Assembly (NCBI RefSeq): GCF_964355755.1
Contig: NC_092675.1
Span: forward strand, 24,710,912 to 24,774,911
Length of the DNA: 64,000 nt
Direction: 5' to 3'
Origin: Antedon mediterranea
Taxonomy: Eukaryota; Animalia; Echinodermata
Shown here: positions 1-10,840 of the stretch, one piece after another
How positions within the stretch are numbered: position 1 is the first letter of the stretch
Layout of the letters: every line of letters begins with the position of its first letter
The notes under the pieces: model-generated
Told to the model about the DNA's origin: nothing
Database searches by the model: none
What the model saw: only the letters and a program-made list of their open reading frames with translations
Made by a program: the position numbers and the translations under genes

Positions 1-364
1 TATTAAAATACGAAAAGATATTACAATTCAGTGACTTATTTCTATTTTATATCACTGTGCTCCCCTGGCTCCAAATAGGGTTCAAATGAACAAAGTGTAT
101 TAAAATACGAAAAGATATTAAAATTCAGTGACTTAACACTGGTGCTAAATTTGATCCACTGAACCAGTACCGTAGTACTATTTCTATTTCGGAAGTAAAT
201 AAAGGCATAAATGGCGCTCCGTAGAAGTAGAGAATGCTCGATCGTCGAAATGACGCTCTGAATATACCTCATATTTTTCCTAATTTTCTGACATAAAATT
301 GAGGGCGCTCAACATAACATTTACGAGATCGAAGGAGGTGGCGTAAAGCACAGAAAAATAAAAG

Positions 365-577
365 TATGTTATGTCGTGCTTTCCCTGCATCAGCACTAAG
401 GCCCTGTCACAGGCTTGGGGTTGTTTCCACGTCATCAGATGCATTGATGTTGCTGCCTCATGATGTGGTGAAAAGTGGGACGTATCATTCTGTAAACCTC
501 AAACACAGTTGCTCGTATAGCTTTAACTCTATTCCACCACTGAACGTTCCGACCAGCGTGAGATTCGAACCCACGAC
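365..577 (-). mobile_element. 5'-truncated tRNA-derived SINE
   Basis: Reverse complement gtcgtgggttcgaatctcacgctggtcg (T-arm/B box), followed by a GC-richer body. Confidence 0.55.
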
Positions 578-2273
578 ATTTTTTTTAACACGAAGCTCAT
601 TCACAACGAAAGAATAGACTGGATGGACACACTTTACAAAGATTTAAATACTGTACTATTTATTAATAAACCAAAACATAATTATAAAAGTTTTACAACA
701 TTAACAAAACACTCTTGATGATTCACGTGTGATGTTTATAAAAACTACAAAATATTGCACACAATACAGATTCACTATACTAGGGTTACTACAACCAACA
801 AAACGGATACACACAATCACATAAATTATAGTAAATGGCAATTTCAGTTTGCATAATTATTTTGAACAGGTTGTGTTTATGGCATTATATAACAGTTATT
901 ATTTCATACTTAACTATCTACTACACTACTATTGTGGAATTATTTTATGTCTTGAAAACCTACAGTAGATGGCAGACTATCACGTTTTCATGATTATAGT
1001 AAATAATGTATTTTCTCGTTTACATAAGACTTTGATATTTTAAAGCAATAAACAAATCCAAGCTATTGACTATTAACTTGAGCAGCATGGTGAGAAGGCT
1101 TTTTGAATTATTCCCACTAGCCCATACTGTATGTCCAATGTGACTGAACAAACTATTCATCAAAATGAATAAAAGGTAAAAACTATGATTTCATAGAAAA
1201 AGAAGTTATAGCCAATACAAAATATTATATAAACACTATAATACTAAGCAAAAATTGGAATGTATTTTAACTTTTAACAAGGTGATGGAAATTTAGGCAT
1301 ATTTAGTAAAAACAAGTTTATTTAAAATGGTATTTAACCACAATTGGCTTATATACATACAATATCTTTTCTTAGTAACTAATGTTAACACATGTAGTGG
1401 TGGTCTTTAACATATATGTGTCTAGGAGACGTATGCCACTAGATTAAAGCTACTGTATTGCCAGAAAAAAAGATTTAATTCCTATCTAGATAACTTTTTA
1501 AAGGTGTTATGACACTCATAGACGATGTAAGGTACGCTTACGTCAACGCGGAACTCAACTAAAAGGAACTAATTACTTTCAAGCAACTGAACTAATATTG
1601 GAAATTGGAACGGATTGTAACTATTCGTGGCAATATATTGAATCATTCAAACTGATCACAGTTACTCTTTCTGGGTTTAGCCAGGTACTGCTGATAGCAG
1701 TTACGCCTCTGCTGGCTATTCTGTTTAGAAAAGAATAAAAGCTGCACACACAACATGTGCAGTGACAAAGACAATATTGTCTGGATAGCAGAACTTTCAA
1801 GAAATCTTCAGTGCACACTAGATAAAGAACAAACTGGATCGTAATGTGGCTGGTTGGAAAAAAAATGCCAGCTTTACTCAAGAACATCATAGCAAAATTG
1901 TGGTATGAGCATAATATGAAAAACAATTACAGTAAAATATATTACTGAACCAGAAGAATACTATAAGAAATGCATACCAAAAATTTCATATGAACACTGT
2001 ACGTATAGTATATAATATTTATGGGCTAAAATAAAATTTTCTGGTATCCTAATGACAGGTACCATTGTCCAATTGTTCTATCAGAGATTCTGGAAACTGG
2101 AGATTCAAGTTGCAAGCCTCTCAGAAACTCTTGGAGCCTAATTTGAATGAAGACATACGTATGCTAAAACAAACTTTTCAATAAAACTACAATTAAATAA
2201 AAACTTTAAAAAAGATGCACACAGCTCTATTAAATAATATGACAACATAATTTTTAAAATGTTCTGTATATTC

Positions 2274-2357
2274 TTAGTGAATTAAAGTTCTCAGATTAAA
2301 GAGAGTTGTTCTCAAATTGGCATTGCTAAAGTACTTGCTAACTGGTAGAATTGTCAT
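2274..2357 (-). CDS. SRPBCC/polyketide cyclase-like protein, last coding exon
   Basis: ttttctctttcAG acceptor, then MTILPVSKYFSNANLRTTLFNLRTLIH*, which fits the C-terminal amphipathic helix of the SRPBCC fold. Confidence 0.7.
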   Translation of the reverse strand: MTILPVSKYFSNANLRTTLFNLRTLIH

Positions 2358-2631
2358 CTGAAAGAGAAAAAAATGATAATTGAAAATGACAATAACAATT
2401 AATCTGCAAAAAGAAAATATGTTTGAATTACATTTTCGTATCTATATTAAGCTGTGGATAAGATCAACACAGCTTAAAGTGTTCATATAACACACACACA
2501 CACAAATGGACATATACAGCTAATGGCATTATACTACTTTTTCATTACATCATGCATGCAAACTTGATAGGCTAACCTAAAAAGTGGTTCTTTCTAATGG
2601 ACTAGTAGTACATTACTAGCAACATACTTAC

Positions 2632-2904
2632 ACAAAATAAATAACTTCTACGCCTGGAATATGTTTTCCATGTAAGTCGGGTTTGGCCAGGTTTATTTCC
2701 AGGTGTGATTTCTAATTCCATCCTTGGTTTTAGCAACTCCATATTTGAATTATAGACTAGCTTTGAGGTTGGAGTATATTGCAGTATCTCAAGTTGCTGC
2801 TTGGTTTCCCCAACAAACGGTGTTTCGACCATCTGATAGAATTGCTTTCCTTCTCCCATCAAGGAATCATCAAGCTCTTCAGTTTTACCAATTCCTCCGA
2901 TCCA
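2632..2904 (-). CDS. SRPBCC/polyketide cyclase-like protein, coding exon 2
   Basis: Polypyrimidine tract + TAG acceptor. 91 open codons WIGGIGKTEELDDSLMGEGKQFYQ...TRLTWKTYSRRRSYLFC. GTAAGT donor; phases match exon 1. Confidence 0.75.
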
Positions 2905-3938
2905 CTAAAGTAAAAAAAAACGACAATTGTTACTGTACGTATGTAAATTTATCATTGCTGTCAGGGTATATAGACCTTGCAACGGCATGAATAACGGCGC
3001 AAGTCCTTATTACAAAATTTAGTTTAACACCTACTGTACAGTATGGGTAAGGAGAGCCTTGAACCTGTGCCGATTGCCTATGCTTTGACTGTCTTAACAT
3101 CTTAATCACTAAACATCTGGCTACCTATGCTTTTTTATCAATCCCGGTATTAATATCTTAATTTCTATGGGAGTAAAGAAAAGCTACTGTAGAACTGAGG
3201 GAGATATTAACATCATCCTCAGAATACACAGCAATTACATTGTCTTGTTTTACAATTTGTTTTTTTTTTTATATAAAAGTTGGTTTCAGAGTTTAAAGCT
3301 AAAGGCTAAAGTAAGAGGGTTATCTTAGGTTAATGGCAACCATTATTTTGTTGATACATTGTATTTGCAAGCTCTAATTTGAAACAATGCCTTTAGCAAC
3401 TTATTATAGTGCATCCTTAAATTAAACTAAACTGTCACCATTAAAATGCATTTTTTTATTAGTCCGCAACAATTGATAAATTTTTAATTAGAATTTGAAC
3501 TTTATTGCACATGTTTGTGTTTGCAATTTTTGCAATACATTTTTATGACACAAATTGGTAATCTTCTATTCTGAACATTTTTGTCTACATAATTATACAT
3601 AGAAAACATAAACTGTATTCAGAATTCATATTTTGATATTGATCCCTGTCATCGTTTACTGCATAATAAAATAAGCATTATCAATCTTATTACAAAGCAT
3701 AGATTTAATGAATATGAAAATTTTTTTTTCTTGTTGCAGAGTAAATAAGCTTGAACATTTTAATCATTTTCTGGCATTTTTTGCATAATAAATCATTAAT
3801 CAAAATTGGTTATGAAAACATGGTGTATTTGGTATCATTTTCACACAAAACAATAAACAGAAAGTTTATGGTAGTTCTATAAAGAAATTGTTGCATTGAT
3901 ATTATTGGAACTTATAAAAGATATTCCATAGAGTATAA

Positions 3939-4117
3939 AGCGTGGTTCCCACTAGCGACGCAACACAAGGACGTAACGCAACGCAAGTGAATTGACCAAT
4001 CACAAGCGATGGCTTATTCGTTTGTGATTGCTAACTGTCTATAACTTCGCTTGTCATTGGTTAAAACGCTTGCATTGCGTTTACGTCCTTGCGTTACGTT
4101 CTAGTGGGAACCAAGCT
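3939..4117. mobile_element. PIF/Harbinger-like MITE
   Basis: TIRs agc.tggttcccactag / ctagtgggaaccaagct with extended internal palindromy. TAA/TAG flanks. Confidence 0.75.
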
Positions 4118-4638
4118 TAGGAAAGCAAAAAGAAATAACATAATTATTAATATGTTAATATTCCATTACTTCCAACCACCAACAACCCTCTGTGGCAGTT
4201 TTCAAAATTTTAAGCCCTCACAAGGGTCACATACTGTACAATTTCAGTCATTTTTCATACGACCACCAACCACCTAACCGCCCCCCCCCCCACCCCAGAA
4301 AAAATTAGCCTTAAAACCAGGTAGTAAACCTATTTTGAAATTTAGAAACATGTGTATTTATTTATTTATTCAAAAACATTATACATAAATATAACTTAAA
4401 CAGAAAGGTGATGCATTTACCCGCCAATTTGACCTCTAATTAGATCCAGTATGTTGAATAATTAATAGTAAAATTTCATAAACATTCACAGTACAACTTG
4501 TCTACCCAGTGTATGGATGCATGCAGTAGGAAAAATGTGTATCACAACGATGTACCATGGATGTACAAAGCAACACACAGACTTCAACAATTTCTAAAAT
4601 GAAAAGGTTTTGTGGGAAGATTTTTAAATATAGTGTAC

Positions 4639-4803
4639 CTTTTTATGATTATGGAAATCAGCAACATAGTAGAAAACTTGCTTCTGGGTCCTGGCTAAGA
4701 CAACTGACTTATCGACGATGAGTGGATCATAATCTACCTCCAGTTGGCTAAGCATTGCACATATAGACACCAAAATAACCCCGATCACTGCAATAATCTC
4801 CAT
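4639..4803 (-). CDS. SRPBCC/polyketide cyclase (START-like) protein, coding exon 1 (signal/TM N-terminus)
   Basis: ATG at 4803 gives MEIIAVIGVILVSICAMLSQLEVDYDPLIVDKSVVLARTQKQVFYYVADFHNHKK, then a GT donor (phase 0). 'VFYYVADF.N..KW' resembles the SRPBCC N-terminal motif. AG acceptor at 4829-4830. Confidence 0.7.
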
Positions 4804-5395
4804 TTCTAAAGGCGGCAAAGAGTAATTCTGTAATATTTAGTATGTATATATATAATATACAAATTGTACTAATAATACCAGTGCAAAACAAAATTTAATC
4901 AAATTATGCAAATTATTTATTTTATTATTTAATATTTAAAGATGCATTCCCCACATTTTGTTATTTTATTTTAAGGTCACAAAATATATATGTTTTTTAA
5001 TCATAACATCATATTCTTTTGATTTGATAAACAATGGAAGAACCGAAACATTTTCAGCAAAAACAATTCTTCCACAATTCCTAGGCCTAGGCCCCTAGTA
5101 TTAAAAAAAACAGAAAGTAAATTAATTTTAGCTAGCGCCTAGCCTAGCGTAGAGAGTAGAGAGGCCCTAGTCTAGCTAGGGCTAGGCCTAGGCCTAGACT
5201 CCTACCTAGTCTCTCTAGGCCTAGCCTAGGCTAGATAGGGATTCCCCTACAGAGTACTCTACCTCTGGTCTGCGATACCTAGCTAGCTAGTCTAGGCCTA
5301 GGTTAGGTCCAGTCTCCAGACTGGGGCTAACTAAGCCTAATTTAATTGCAGCTTCATGTCACACTACCCAATGTGTATTTAACAAACCAACATAC

Positions 5396-5546
5396 CAACT
5401 TAAATGTAAATGTAGGCGGGAGAAGCTAGGGTAGACTATCTATAAATTTCGTCGCGATACTTCATGCGCTTGAGTCGAGCGATCGTTTTTCTTCTTCGAT
5501 CATCGAAGAAAAGTCGAGCGGAAGATCAGAGGGGTAGAAGGAGACG
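5396..5546. promoter_or_regulatory. Putative bidirectional CpG-rich promoter / 5' non-coding exons shared by the SRPBCC gene and TMA16
   Basis: Local CpG/GC enrichment in AT-rich DNA. Minus-strand GTATG donor at 5395 and plus-strand ATG|GT at 5547-5551. TCGCGA and GCGGAAG (ETS-like) motifs. Confidence 0.5.
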
Positions 5547-5549
5547 ATG
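5547..5549 (+). CDS. TMA16: TMA16 exon 1 (initiator ATG only)
   Basis: gacgATG|gtggcg. The next exon starts in phase 0 with CCA (M-PK.., as in TMA16 orthologues). The donor is weak. Confidence 0.45.
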
Positions 5550-8357
5550 GTGGCGCGATTCCTTCTGTCTTAGGTGGTCGTGTCGTGTCGCACATGTTAT
5601 TGTTAACAAGTAGGCCTAGTACAGTAGTTTGAAGGATTTTATAATAACAATGGTTAGTTTTTATTTTAGTCTCTATCCATGGAGGTATAACATTATAAAA
5701 TTAATGTTTTACCTCCATCTATGTCCCTACCACCTAGCCCAAACCGGAAGGAACCTTGTCCTAGACCTAGTAAAAGTAGGCTTTTTTAGTTTTAGGCTAG
5801 GGCGGCTAGGCCGCGCTAGCCTAGCCTAGTACTACTACAGTACTGCAGTACTACGCCTCTTCCTTCAAGCTTTACAGTATTACTATTCTAGGCCTAGGTC
5901 CACTTCTGTTGTGATTAGCCGAGTGATGTATTAACACGTAGGAGGGCTTACCTGCTTAGAATAGAAAGGGGCTGGTATTTATCCTCGCTAGTCATCGCAG
6001 CATAAATTGCACATATGATTTCTTTTCTGTTGCTGTTCTGTGTGTGTACGGATTAAATTTGGCTCCAGTGACTGATGCCTAGCCTTTCTAATCTAGTAGC
6101 AGTCGTTCGTGGTAGTACCTAATCATTACGTGTATACCCATCAACAATTAAATCCAAAAAGAGACCACTCCTCCCTTTGTGAGCAACTCACATGACCTCG
6201 TGTCAAGCTTTACAAACAAAATAAAAGACTTCTCTTGAGCCACGTGTTGGCTCGAACCTCAGGACATCAGAAAGAGATCCCTGATGTTCTTTCGAGTCAA
6301 GTATACGACTTGCTTGGCGTCCTGGCCCAATATCCTCCCAACTATCTCTGCAGTCGAGTACACAAGATGTGTCATGACCTGGCGGAGAAGTAAAGCCTGT
6401 CAAATTCTATCAGCAGCTGGCAATGGTATATGTGCTTGGTGTTGAAGCCACATGTGTAAAGCCGAAGTAGGTTAGGGAAAAAGCCATCAGCACCATTGAC
6501 AAAAGTTGTACAGGATGATACAGATGTTCCTCGGAAGGTGAGCCAACTGCAGATGTAAAGGTAGTTCTGGTAGCAAATCTGCCCAGTTGAGTCTTATGGC
6601 TGCCCATTAGACAGATCGCTAGGTGGTCCTGGGTGGAAAAACCTTGCATCAGGAGACAGTGCAGCATAATTTTCTTATGCCTAAACTAGTCTGAAGGTGG
6701 GACGCAGTATGCTAAGCCAATCTACCCAAGCACCTGGGTTGCACCAGAACGCACCAATCCATCTCGCCGGCCGGAGGCGATGTAGTCGACTGATAAGAGG
6801 GAGGATCGCAGAAAATGGCGACACCGCCAATCAACTCTACTTGCTTGGTCTTTGGACTGGCTGGTCCGGCTCGTAGAACTTCTCTGAATATTCCGCGCTT
6901 GGACAACTCCAGTGCAATCGATCAAAATGAAAATGAGAGTCAAAGGCTCTTGGCTTCTTCTTGACTCCCTGCCTTTTGGAAGGAGAGTAGAAGATGGTAG
7001 ACAAAGTCTGGGTTGCAATCTCAGGCAGGGTGGCGGATGACTGGGCAAGGGCATTCTCAGCGTCTGCAACCAGCTAACCCATCTTGATGAGGACCATGCG
7101 TCGGACCATCAACACCAGACAATGCCTTGTTCATCATTACCAGAGTCCTTGTGTCGACAAGCAGCCGAGAGACCAATTGGGTCCGGTCGGGGCAGTCTTC
7201 ACGCATCCTCTTGCTCACCGTTGGATAAGAGCCACCATTCATTGTCTCTGCCGTATATCGATAGAGCCGCAAATCGACCTACGGAGATAAAAATGAAAAC
7301 TGTTAGCCAATGATACCGGACAGTCCTTTGAGATGAAACTGCTCAGTCCCAGCATTTTGTGAAACAGAGTCCCCGATTACTTGGATGAAAATGCCTGCCA
7401 CCAGCGGAGGACACAGCTTTTTACACTTTACCCTTTTGGCTGGCTAGCAAGTATACCTTATCCCCACAAGCATAGGGATGGGTGAGCACAGGGAGACCGT
7501 AATCCCTTTTCATGCATTGCTGTGTCTCCCCAAGGGTGGTCCTGGCTGTCTTATGGGCTTCCAGGATTGCCCGGGTGAGGCCGTCCATGTAGCTGCAAAC
7601 ATGATGTCAGATTGATTTCCTGTCCAAGCATCAGCATGTTGGTCCGTCCCCTACATTGGGCCGTCACTGCTTCTGACCGTGTATCCCTCATCGACCTCTG
7701 TCAGAACAGGAAGTTTTTTTGAGTTATTCAAAAGCAACCTGCTGGTCCTCCCCCACACAAACTGAATGGCGAAGTGGCTGATAAATTCTCTATGGTAGTT
7801 TGCCAAGTTGAGAAACTGTCACAGGTTTGTTGGAGTATCTACATCATCTACATCAGTGTCGGAAACTGTCCGGGAGTTATCGCCCAGGAAATTCCACCTA
7901 TCTATGAAAGAAACACACAGGAGTAATCCCATGGCATGGGAGAAAGTAGTGAAGTGTTCAGTCACATCAGGTTGTCCTCCCTGTGATGTTGGTGCAAGCC
8001 TAGGACTTGGAGCAGATGATGTAGCACTCCGGATCCCTTGCTAGGTTTCGGAAATCCACTAAATACGTTGCAGTGTTACGTGTAGGGACAAACCCTCCAT
8101 GCCTCGGTTTTAAGGTGAAGTCAATTCATTTTGTAAACTTGACTTGGTCTAGTCCTTTTATATCCCCTATATTGTCTAGGGTAATATTCAATGTTGTGAT
8201 GAGCCGAGTGACAATTAACACAAGGAGGGGATTACCTGCTTAGAGGCACAATGATGATGTATACAATAATCCCCAACAGCACACTATAAGTACTTAGTAC
8301 GACTCCAAAGGTGAGCTATCTGGGACCAAGCACACAGGGTAGTTTGGGAGCAGGTAA

Positions 8358-8477
8358 ACGTACGGCCATACTGCGTTGAAACACCGGTTCTCGTCAGATC
8401 ACCAAAGTTAAGCAATGTTGGGCCCGGTTGCGTTCTGGATGGGAGACCGTCTAGAAATCGCAGTGGGTGCTGTATAT
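8358..8477 (+). pseudogene. 5S rRNA-derived sequence (pseudogene / SINE head)
   Basis: tacggccatac...caccggttctcgtc.gatcacc.aagttaagcaa...ggatgggagaccg...gggtgctgta follows the metazoan 5S consensus with many substitutions. Confidence 0.88.
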
Positions 8478-8478
8478 A

Positions 8479-8796
8479 CTGGAGAGTATTGGTAATATCG
8501 GACTAGCATGTGATAGGCATGGGTTCGAGGTTATCTGTACCATACTAATTGCATCCTTAGGCAAGATGCTTTACTCTCATTGCCTCGTCCTTCGGATGGG
8601 ATGTAAAGCCGTTGGTCCCGTGTACTTAACAGTGCACTTTAAAGAACTTGGTACACTATTTGAAAAGAGTAGGGGTGCTGATCTGGTAGGCGCTGCACTG
8701 GTGGCTGCCGTGGGTCCGTAGAGGGCCTAATCCGAATCTCCTTAGTTTCCAGTTAAGCTTGAGGACTATTAAAGATAATTACCTTTACCTTACCTT
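8479..8796 (+). mobile_element. tRNA-head Deu/Nin-domain SINE
   Basis: B box ggttcgag. Core gtccttcggatgggatgtaaagccg...taaagaac..gtacactatttgaaaagagtagggg resembles the Deu domain. (ttacct)n tail; paralog at 45320. Confidence 0.8.
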
Positions 8797-9118
8797 AGGT
8801 ACGATTTGCCTTTCCATTGCTGTACGTGTATGGATTAAACCTGGCTCCAGGAACTGATACCTAGCCTTTCTAATCTAGACCGCTCCTCTCATTGTAAGCA
8901 ACTCACATGACCTTGTGCCATGCACCTAAAATCTCAAACTTTTTCGCCAATCTCAATTTGTATTTATCATGCCTAGAATCACCGATTCCAGGCCACAAAA
9001 AAATCAAATACAGTAGAAAGATCTTAAAATGTACCTAAGTGTTAATATATTACTCTATTGCAATTTAATTTCTGAATATGGAAACAGTAATTCATAGAAT
9101 TTTTTAATTTCCTTACAG

Positions 9119-9225
9119 CCAAAAGAAAAGAAAAGTCGAAAATTTCCACAGAAATTAGTCCATCCTAACAGTCGTAAGGCTAATAAATTAGGAGCTAAGG
9201 TGCTTCGTAAACAGAGAATTAACAG
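9119..9225 (+). CDS. TMA16: TMA16 exon 2
   Basis: PKEKKSRKFPQKLVHPNSRKANKL matches the TMA16 'HP.SRKA' motif. AG/GT boundaries. Confidence 0.9.
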
Positions 9226-10136
9226 GTTAGTTAATTACTTTCCAATGAAGTAGTTCATGTTTTGCAACCCATGTTCAACTGTGTAAGGGTGTGAGGAAAC
9301 ACATAAATGCATAACAAGAAGATAATAATAAATATATACTGGAGGAGATGCAAATAAGGCAAAACAGGTGTTTTACAAAGAAACAGGAACCAACAAAACA
9401 AAAAGAAGCATGTGTTTCCAACGAATTAGTATGAAACACACATTTGATAGTAATAACTTTGAATTGACGATTGAGACTGTTGGACATAGTTTTCAAAAAA
9501 CAGTGACTGTTTTTATATTTTCAAAACACAAAGTTTTTAAAGTTAATTATGTTTTGTGTTAGAGAAATAAGTTCTAATAAATCTTAAAGCCTTTCCCACC
9601 AGAAATCTGTTGATTACTAAGCGGCTTGCTATTTATTTTCACAACTGTCCCCAAAGGATGTAATTCCAGATGATGTTAGATGTTGTGCATCTAGAGTAGT
9701 TGAATGATTAACCAATTCTGTCCCTAAGAGACTTGATTTCCAATTATCAGTTTGAAAGGCATTTTAAACAGAGTGTCTGATTTCCAATCTATGTTGATTC
9801 ATTGTAAATTTATTTCCGTTACTTTTTTTAATTGATTGTACTGCTAATTAATACAGTGAGGCTATTGCCTATCTTAAGGCATTTTGATTCTTACGGTATC
9901 TGTACAGCCCAGCAAACTAAAAATATATTCAGCAACCTATTTTTCTTTGTACTTGATACAGCCTGCTTAGTATCCTAAATTAAAAATATTCTTGTCTTTG
10001 CATTCCCAAAAAACTTGTTAAAAATGTTAAAATGTTGTACTACTGTATTCACTTTTCTTTTAATAATGCAAGAGATTTAGAACACATTTTATTAAATTTA
10101 ATTAACAATTCCTTTTTCAATTTAACATATTCTTAG

Positions 10137-10259
10137 AACACAGGAGGAGACAAATCTAAAACGAGGTACGCTTATAGAGAAGCTTCTATGGTTTCAGAAT
10201 GAACTGGATCCTGACAAAGACATGTTTAGCAAAGAAGAAATGCATACAATTATTGAAAA
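10137..10259 (+). CDS. TMA16: TMA16 exon 3
   Basis: TQEETNLKRGTLIEKLLWFQNELDPDKDMFSKEEMHTIIE resembles human EKLQWFQNHLDP. Phase 2/2 is consistent. Confidence 0.9.
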
Positions 10260-10691
10260 GTTGGTATTTTATTTTATATATGATATATTATAATCAAAAC
10301 AACACAATTTTGATAATTCAAGGGAAATATGGATGAGAAAAAAATCATAGAGATATAATGAATAAAATTGTCATGTGTATGAAATTATAATTTTAAATAC
10401 TGTTACCTAATAGTCACTGTCTCAAAAGTTTTTTCTAAAGAATCCAGAGAGAGAAACGGATAACAATTTATATATGTGCCCTTTTTTCTTTTATTTATGT
10501 GCCCTTGATAAAGTGTTAAACACCAAAGAGATGAATACTTGCCATTTATGTATTAAAGAATATAATTCTGAGAAATAGTATTCTTGAAGTATTCATTCAT
10601 GGCCAATTAATCCTAAAAGCCCCAGTTATCATAAATTGTCTGCTGAATGTATTCAAATCATTTATTTGCTTTTAACTCTATGGAATGGCAG

Positions 10692-10840
10692 GTATTTACA
10701 TAGATTTGACGAGGAACTAGAACAAATTGACATTGTTAAAAGCTTGAAACATCGTAAAGGACGCCAACATGCTTCAAGAGAAGATGTAATACTAGCAACC
10801 ATAGCAAGAGAAAAAGAAATATACCAATTGTCGGGGCTAG
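10692..10840 (+). CDS. TMA16: TMA16 exon 4
   Basis: YLHRFDEELEQIDIVKSLKHRKGRQHASREDVI resembles human YLNRFSSELEQI...GRRHCSRE. Confidence 0.92.

Larger units (their letters stand above)
5907..8920 (-). mobile_element. Degenerate Ty3/Gypsy LTR retrotransposon in TMA16 intron 1
   Basis: Diverged TG...CA direct repeats at 5907-6205 and 8192-8920 (the latter interrupted). The minus strand near 7730-7825 translates TPTNL*QFLNLANYHREFISHFA..FVWG..AFE*LK (Gypsy RT/RNaseH connection), with stops and frameshifts. No TSD seen. Confidence 0.75.

Noticed and set aside
1-135. 38-bp direct repeat with a 97-bp period
   Set aside because: It is cut by the window edge, so its nature cannot be determined.
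415-445. Minus-strand CUGAUGA-CGUG-GAAAC hammerhead-like string in the SINE
   Set aside because: No workable stem II, and no NUH with a closing stem I.
6203-8044. Short ORFs as host genes
   Set aside because: They lie inside the decayed Gypsy element and are fragmented in several frames.
8358-8477. Functional 5S rRNA gene
   Set aside because: Many substitutions and indels, no oligo-T terminator, single copy, and fused to a SINE.
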